Positions 58,832 to 64,000 of a stretch of 64,000 nucleotides of DNA are shown here, piece after piece (positions within the stretch are counted from its first letter, which is position 1; each line of letters opens with the position of its first letter). The DNA is from an uncultured Mycoplasmatota bacterium. Lineage in GTDB: Bacteria > Bacillota_I > Bacilli_A > RF39 > UBA660. The notes under the pieces were generated by a model. The model was given only the letters and a program-made list of their open reading frames with translations, did no database searches and was not told the DNA's origin. The DNA lies in NCBI GenBank assembly GCA_946639185.1, contig CAMPBR010000001.1, positions 19,550-83,549 of the forward strand, in the 5' to 3' direction. A program made the position numbers and the translations under genes.

Positions 58832-59566
58832 ATGATTAACTTTATTATATATGAAGATGACAAGAAGTACAGAGAATTATATGTATCTATTATTTTAAAA
58901 GTTATCGGTAGTATGCAATATGCCTATAAAATAGTAGAAATAGATAAATATGATAAAACTACTATTTCTAAAATAAATAAATTAATTGGTAAGAAAATTT
59001 TCATATTTGATATAGAAGTACCAGGTAAATCTGGTTTAGATCTAGCTAGAGAAATAAGACATAGTGGTGATTGGACTAGTCAAATGATAGTAGCTACAAC
59101 TCATGAACAATTAAAGAATACTACTCTAACTAGTAGAATGTTAATGTTAGATTTTATTTCTAAATATTATAACTTAGAAGAAAGTTTAAAAGAATGTTTA
59201 AATATATGTTTAGATATTATACATACACACAAATCTTTAAACTTTCAATATAATGGTGAATTATATCAAATCCCATATGATAATATTTTATATATAGAGA
59301 AAAATGTAGATGATCCATATTCTACAATAGTTACAAAAGATAATGATATAGAAATAAAAAGAACTATGAGTACAATAGAAAAAGATTTAGAAGAAGATAA
59401 AAGATTCTTTAGATCACATAGAAGTTGCATAATAAATCTTGATAATATAACAAGTATTGAAATAAAAGATAATATAATAAATTTTGGTAATAAATCTACA
59501 TCTCTTCTTTCACGTGATAAAAAAAGTGAATTAAAAGAATTGTTAGAGGAGAAGGCTAAAGCATGA
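58832..59566 (+). CDS. LytTR-family response regulator (AgrA-like)
   Basis: The receiver domain has YEDD and the phospho-acceptor context IFIFDIEVPG. The C-terminal LytTR domain contains FFRSHRSCIINL. Confidence 0.88.
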   Translation: MINFIIYEDDKKYRELYVSIILKVIGSMQYAYKIVEIDKYDKTTISKINKLIGKKIFIFDIEVPGKSGLDLAREIRHSGDWTSQMIVATTHEQLKNTTLTSRMLMLDFISKYYNLEESLKECLNICLDIIHTHKSLNFQYNGELYQIPYDNILYIEKNVDDPYSTIVTKDNDIEIKRTMSTIEKDLEEDKRFFRSHRSCIINLDNITSIEIKDNIINFGNKSTSLLSRDKKSELKELLEEKAKA

Positions 59567-60894
59567 TGAACTTTTTTATAGTTGTTATTGATTCACTTTT
59601 GATTTGGATATCAGCATATATTATTGGTAAAAATTCATTTGATAACGATACTAAACAAAATTATTTAAAGGTAATAATTAGTATATTAATATTGTCTATC
59701 ACACTAGGATATATAAATTTTATTAATGCAGAAATATTTCATGGCGTTTTTAAAATACTTTCTATTTACTTTTTATACTGCATATTTTACAAAATTAATT
59801 TTTCGTCGCTTAATACTAAGGTAGTTGTTGCATCATTAGTTGTCTATATATTATTTATAGTCTCTGAAGTATCTATTGTGATACCACTAAGTATAATTTT
59901 TTCTATACTTAAGTTAGATATACTAATTTTGAAGAACACATTAATTATTAATTTTCTAATATCTTTGTTTGCAATATTTATATCGAAAATTCTAAAGAAT
60001 GAATTAGTAAAAATAGTTAATAATACTAATTTGGTTAAAAATGTTAAATTCTTAATAGTTATAATTATATTAATAGAATTAGCTTTATTGGGATTTAAAT
60101 TGCCGTTATCACAGTGGAAATTTAATACAGAATTTCTAGTAACAATGCTGATAATTATTTCATTTTGCATAGTTGGAATATTCGTTTTGAAGCAAAATTA
60201 TGAAATAGAAAAGACTACTTCTATGTATCAACAAGTAGTAAAATATTCAAATACTACTAATAAAGTTTTAGAAGATTATAGAATGATTAGTCATGAACAC
60301 AAGAATCAATTATCAATAATTAGGCAAATGATATTAAAAAATAAAAAAGAAGCTATTGAGTATATAGATAGCTTAATTGAGAAGAGAAACGATATAAAGT
60401 ATAAATGGGTTGCTGAACTTAATAAACTTCCTCTAGAGGGTTTAAAAGGCCTAATTAATTATAAATTAATTGAAGCAGAAGAAAATAATATTTATACTTC
60501 TGTTATTATCAGTAAAGATGTATCAAAAGTAAAATTAAGTAAATTGTCAAACATTCAAAAAGACCATTTATATAGTATTTGCGGAGTATATTTAGATAAT
60601 GCTATCCAAGCAGCATCTAAAAATAAAATCAAAGAAATGAATATTGAAATATATAAAGAAAATAAAGAACTTGTATTTATTATAGCTAATACATTTAGTG
60701 GTAAAATAGAATTAGAAAAAATAGATGATTATGGATATAGTACTAATGGTAAAAATCATGGAGTAGGACTACATTTGGTAAAAAGCATAATAGACGAAGA
60801 TAAATTATATTCACAATCAAGAAAAATAATAGATAATTATTATGTTCAAGAGTTAAGAATAAATTTAAAAGAATTAACTAAAAAGAAAAAATAA
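59563..60894 (+). CDS. AgrC-like (HPK10) sensor histidine kinase
   Basis: Contains 6-7 N-terminal TM segments, the H-box SHEHKNQL, the N-box YLDNAIQA, and the G-box NGKNHGVGLHLV. It has an ATGA overlap with the response regulator gene. Confidence 0.82.
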   Translation: MMNFFIVVIDSLLIWISAYIIGKNSFDNDTKQNYLKVIISILILSITLGYINFINAEIFHGVFKILSIYFLYCIFYKINFSSLNTKVVVASLVVYILFIVSEVSIVIPLSIIFSILKLDILILKNTLIINFLISLFAIFISKILKNELVKIVNNTNLVKNVKFLIVIIILIELALLGFKLPLSQWKFNTEFLVTMLIIISFCIVGIFVLKQNYEIEKTTSMYQQVVKYSNTTNKVLEDYRMISHEHKNQLSIIRQMILKNKKEAIEYIDSLIEKRNDIKYKWVAELNKLPLEGLKGLINYKLIEAEENNIYTSVIISKDVSKVKLSKLSNIQKDHLYSICGVYLDNAIQAASKNKIKEMNIEIYKENKELVFIIANTFSGKIELEKIDDYGYSTNGKNHGVGLHLVKSIIDEDKLYSQSRKIIDNYYVQELRINLKELTKKKK

Positions 60895-60917
60895 GCTACA
60901 TAAGTAGCTTATTTTCT
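60885..60917. terminator. bidirectional terminator between the convergent kinase and agrD genes
   Basis: TAAGCTAC-ATAA-GTAGCTTA (8 bp) is flanked by an A-run on the left and a T-run on the right. Confidence 0.7.
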
Positions 60918-61046
60918 TTATCTTTCAATCATAGCTTTTGGCATTTCTGGTTCATCAAGAACATAAACAACGCATGCAGCAGAAGCAGCTCCAGCAGCTA
61001 AAACACCAACACCAGCTAAAACCATAGCTAATAATTTTTTCATCAT
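60918..61046 (-). CDS. agrD: AgrD-like autoinducing-peptide precursor (unannotated, 42 aa)
   Basis: Hand translation gives MMKKLLAMVLAGVGVLAAGAASAACVVYVLDEPEMPKAMIER. It has a hydrophobic leader, a single Cys, and the acidic tail DEPEMPK (compare S. aureus C....DEVEVPKEL). RBS AAGGAG is present, and the start is 18 nt downstream of the agrB stop. Confidence 0.78.
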   Translation of the reverse strand: MMKKLLAMVLAGVGVLAAGAASAACVVYVLDEPEMPKAMIER

Positions 61047-61064
61047 GTATACTCCTTTCTAATG

Positions 61065-61670
61065 TTATTTACTAATTACATACCCTTCATAATTCTTATA
61101 TGGTAAATTAAACATCCTATAAGTTAAGGGATGAATTAGTACAGCTTCAAGCAACATGGTTGCGGCAATTACATTCTTTAAGAATGCATCATTAGTTTTA
61201 AAAAATATAATTATATATATAGTAGAAACTAATAAAGTTAATATTTTAAATTTAATTCTTCTATGCTTTTTAATTAGTGGTCTTTTTACAGTATCACTAG
61301 GGGCATATATAATATAAGTTAAAATAGAAATTCCTAGTAATATGTAATGAATAATATTATTAAAATCACAATATATACATATGTAAGGAATACCAATAAA
61401 TATAATACTTGATGATATCCAGCATTGCCAACTTTCTTTAGCATGCAGCCCGAAAGCAAACATTCTAAGAAAATTGAAAAATAATAATACAATTACTGCT
61501 TCTTTAAAAATTCCTAAAAATAAAGTTGCTAGTAAAATAACTATTGTTTTGGTTATAGATAAGTAAATTCCTTCTAATCCATATCTAATTTCATCTAATT
61601 TATCTTGATTATAATCAGGATAATTATTTTTTACTACATGCATCGCATGATTCATAATATACTGCTTCAT
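61065..61670 (-). CDS. agrB: AgrB-like AIP-processing membrane peptidase
   Basis: LRMFAFGLHAKESWQCWISS matches the AgrB catalytic His/Cys region (R..aGG.HA.....C...S). The protein is polytopic. RBS is GGAGG. Confidence 0.85.
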   Translation of the reverse strand: MKQYIMNHAMHVVKNNYPDYNQDKLDEIRYGLEGIYLSITKTIVILLATLFLGIFKEAVIVLLFFNFLRMFAFGLHAKESWQCWISSSIIFIGIPYICIYCDFNNIIHYILLGISILTYIIYAPSDTVKRPLIKKHRRIKFKILTLLVSTIYIIIFFKTNDAFLKNVIAATMLLEAVLIHPLTYRMFNLPYKNYEGYVISK

Positions 61671-61945
61671 AAATCCTCCATGTCTTACGATACGAGCAAA
61701 AATATATCACTGAAAAAATGGAAAAAATTGGCAGTAAATGCTAGTAGTAAAAAAATGAATAATTTAAGAAAAAAGTTAACCAAAAGTATGATACCGATTA
61801 CCGAAAATGATAAAAAAATAACAATTTAGAAAAAATACTACAAAAAACATCATGCAAAATGATACTATTGTCTTGCGCACTTTTAAAGTGATATCACACT
61901 AGCAGTACAGGCAGTAAAAAGATTTACAGAAGGAGAGGTGGCAGT

Positions 61946-62164
61946 GTGAAAGGCAAAGTGAAATGGTTCAACAATGAGAAAGGGTATGGATTTATCGAGT
62001 ATAAGGAAAATGAAGATATATTTGTACACTATTCTGCAATTAGACAAGACGGTTATAAGACATTAGAAGAAGGACAAATTGTTGAATTTAAACTTTTAGA
62101 AACAACTAAAGGCTTACAAGCATTAGATGTTGTAGTAACAAAAGAGCTATCAACTACTAAATAG
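61946..62164 (+). CDS. cold-shock protein (CspA family)
   Basis: Contains [16 protein letters not shown] (RNP1) and IFVHY (RNP2). It has a GTG start after AAGGAGAGGTGG. Confidence 0.9.
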   Translation: MKGKVKWFNNEKGYGFIEYKENEDIFVHYSAIRQDGYKTLEEGQIVEFKLLETTKGLQALDVVVTKELSTTK

Positions 62165-62214
62165 TTGTTCCATCATATAAATATATGGCACCTAGACTAT
62201 ACAATGGAGGAAGT

Positions 62215-62436
62215 ATGCGTGGAAAGGTAAAATGGTTTGATAACAAGCGTGGCTTTGGTTTTATAGAGTCTTCAAAAGAAGGCATTGATATCTTTATACA
62301 TTATCAATCTATAGATAGCCAAGGTTATAGAACTTTAAAAAATGGAGAATATGTTGAATTTGAAGTAATTGAAACTTTAAAAGGACTTCAAGCAAAACAT
62401 ATAAAACATGTTGAAGATTATGAAACTATCTGCTAA
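62215..62436 (+). CDS. cold-shock protein (CspA family), second tandem copy
   Basis: Contains RGKVKWFDNKRGFGFI and IFIHY. The ATG at 62215 follows GGAGG, so the track start at 62185 is an over-extension. Confidence 0.9.
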   Translation: MRGKVKWFDNKRGFGFIESSKEGIDIFIHYQSIDSQGYRTLKNGEYVEFEVIETLKGLQAKHIKHVEDYETIC

Positions 62437-62510
62437 GATAGTTTTTTCTGTGCTATAAACTTTATTTTTTTTTAATTTTGTGGTAATATATATCAAAGGA
62501 GGAATGATAT

Positions 62511-63041
62511 ATGGATATCATGATCAGAGGAAGTAAGCTTGAAATAACAGAAGCAATGGAGGCTTATGCTAAAGAGAAATTATCTAAGCTAGAAAAATAC
62601 TTAGATGAAACAGAAAAAGCTAAAGCAACTGTTTTAGTAAAGGTGCGTGATTACTTAAACAAAGTAGAAGTAACAATACCTCTAAAGAGCCTAATACTTA
62701 GAGCTGAAGTATCTAATGAAGATTACTATGCAGCTATCGATTTAGTTATCGATAAACTTGAAAGACAAATAAGAAAGAACAAGACTCGAATTGCTTCAAA
62801 TAAAAAGAAGGAATTAAGGGATTTTGCTTATAATTATATAGAAGAACTTGAAGATGAAACACAAGAAGAAAAAGTAGTTAAGAGAAAGAAGATTGATTTA
62901 AAACCAATGTCAGAAGAAGAAGCAATTCTTCAAATGGAATTACTTGGACACTCTTTCTACTTATATAAAGACGCTGAAACTAATCAACCAACTGTTGTAT
63001 ATAGACGTAAAGATGGAGATTATGGAGTAATCGAATCATAA
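62511..63041 (+). CDS. hpf: ribosome hibernation promoting factor (long HPF)
   Basis: Contains an N-terminal sigma-54-modulation/RaiA fold and a C-terminal dimerisation domain (HSFYLYKDAETNQPTVVYRRKDGDYGVIE). Confidence 0.9.
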   Translation: MDIMIRGSKLEITEAMEAYAKEKLSKLEKYLDETEKAKATVLVKVRDYLNKVEVTIPLKSLILRAEVSNEDYYAAIDLVIDKLERQIRKNKTRIASNKKKELRDFAYNYIEELEDETQEEKVVKRKKIDLKPMSEEEAILQMELLGHSFYLYKDAETNQPTVVYRRKDGDYGVIES

Positions 63042-63047
63042 GAAATA

Positions 63048-63075
63048 AAGGTACTATTAATTAGTACCTTTTTTA
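63048..63075 (+). terminator. rho-independent terminator after hpf
   Basis: AAGGTACTA-TTAAT-TAGTACCTT followed by a T-run. Confidence 0.8.
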
Positions 63076-63158
63076 TTTAAAAATTTAAAGAAAAACAAGG
63101 AAAATGCTAGGAGTTATTAGAGTTTGTATGGTATAATACCAATTATGGAGATGATTAC

Positions 63159-64000
63159 ATGAGTTTATTACAAAGATTATTCGATCATGAATATAAAGAA
63201 TTAAAAAGATTTGAAAAATTAGCTGATGAAATCGAAGCTAAAGATGAAGAAATGAAATCTTTGTCAGATAAAGAATTACAAGGTAAAACTGATGAATTTA
63301 AAGAAAGATTAAAAAATGGAGAAACAGTTGATGATTTAGTAGTAGAAGCATTTGCTGTAGCTAGAGAAGCATGTTATAGAGTAATTGGTGAAAAACCATA
63401 TTATGTACAATTACTTGGAGCATTAGCTATTCATTTTGGTAATATAGCTGAAATGAAAACAGGAGAAGGTAAAACTTTAACTTCAGTACTTCCTGCTTAT
63501 TTAAATGCCTTAACAGGTGAAGGTGTACATATCATAACAGTTAATGAATACCTAGCTGATCGTGATGCTCATTGGATGGGTAAAATTCATGAATTCTTAG
63601 GTTTAACAGTTGGTATTAACTTAAGAGAAATGACACCAAAAGAAAAACAAGAAAACTATGCATGTGACATTTTATATTCAACTAATAACGAAATTGGATT
63701 TGACTATTTAAGAGACAACATGGTTATTAGAAAAGAAGATAGAGTTCAAAGACCATTAAACTTTGCTATTATCGATGAAGTTGACTCTGTATTAATAGAT
63801 GAAGCACGTACACCTTTAATTATTTCAGGTGGAGAAATGAAGAGTGCTAACCTTTATGTGGATGCTGATAGATTTGCTAAAAGTTTAAAAGAAGAAGATT
63901 ATATATATGATGAAAAAACTAAGAATGTATCTTTATCAGAAGAAGGTGTTCATAAAGCTGAAAAGAAATTTGGTATGAATAACTTATTCGATGTAGAAAA
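63159..64000 (+). CDS. secA: preprotein translocase ATPase SecA, N-terminal part (continues beyond window end)
   Basis: Translation from the ATG at 63159 gives [17 protein letters not shown]...[23 protein letters not shown]...[21 protein letters not shown], which is the SecA DEAD motor. It is missing from the track because it is truncated. Confidence 0.95.
   Translation, partial: MSLLQRLFDHEYKELKRFEKLADEIEAKDEEMKSLSDKELQGKTDEFKERLKNGETVDDLVVEAFAVAREACYRVIGEKPYYVQLLGALAIHFGNIAEMKTGEGKTLTSVLPAYLNALTGEGVHIITVNEYLADRDAHWMGKIHEFLGLTVGINLREMTPKEKQENYACDILYSTNNEIGFDYLRDNMVIRKEDRVQRPLNFAIIDEVDSVLIDEARTPLIISGGEMKSANLYVDADRFAKSLKEEDYIYDEKTKNVSLSEEGVHKAEKKFGMNNLFDVE

Noticed and set aside
59506-59521. 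A parS-like sequence, TCTTTCACGTGATAAA, inside the response-regulator gene.
   Set aside because: It has three mismatches to the consensus, two of them in one half-site. That is probably too degenerate, and it is explained by the coding sequence (SRDKK).
1-64000. The possibility of a Mollicutes-type genetic code (UGA = Trp), given the base composition and the short SRP RNA.
   Set aside because: Standard-code translation gives full-length, motif-complete proteins throughout, and Trp positions I checked (for example NNWWCVLFPP in SpoIIR) are TGG.
1-64000. A search for mobile elements, prophage, CRISPR-Cas, restriction-modification, toxin-antitoxin pairs or defence islands.
   Set aside because: I recognised no transposase, integrase, recombinase, phage structural, cas or nuclease/methylase gene pairs. 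The gene content is core housekeeping and sporulation, plus one agr locus.

Overview
This window covers the chromosomal replication-origin region of a very AT-rich, spore-forming Bacillota genome. The gene content and a short Alu-less SRP RNA suggest an Erysipelotrichia-like lineage, but I cannot verify that here.

Layout: from 1 to about 17.9 kb every real gene is on the minus strand (mfd', pth, rsmI, ricT, holB, bofA, recR, ybaB, dnaX, tadA, SRP RNA, gyrA, gyrB, recF, a comK-like gene, dnaN, dnaA). DnaA-box clusters flank dnaA on both sides. From 18.3 kb on, genes are almost all on the plus strand: rpmH-rnpA-yidC-jag-mnmEG-rsmG-noc-soj-spo0J, rpsF-ssb-rpsR, rplI-dnaB, argS, rpoE, pta, prfA-prmC, spoIIR, murA, rpmE, a spoIIQ-like gene, spoIIID, mreB, tagO, an agr locus, two csp genes, hpf and secA'.

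I see no rRNA, tRNA, CRISPR array, transposase, integrase, prophage or defence-island content. I did not find a convincing, wholly novel multi-gene system.

The signals the ORF track does not explain are:
- a dense array of five consensus parS sites in one non-coding stretch;
- three perfect Noc-binding palindromes sitting in terminator-like positions, alongside a Noc homolog that lacks the N-terminal membrane helix;
- a 74-nt SRP RNA hidden under an over-called ORF;
- an unannotated AgrD autoinducer-peptide gene that completes a convergently arranged agr quorum-sensing locus;
- a 31-codon hydrophobic sORF with a canonical RBS and terminator;
- a ComK-family gene inserted in the dnaA-gyrA cluster.

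All product calls rest on motif recognition by eye. No database search was run.
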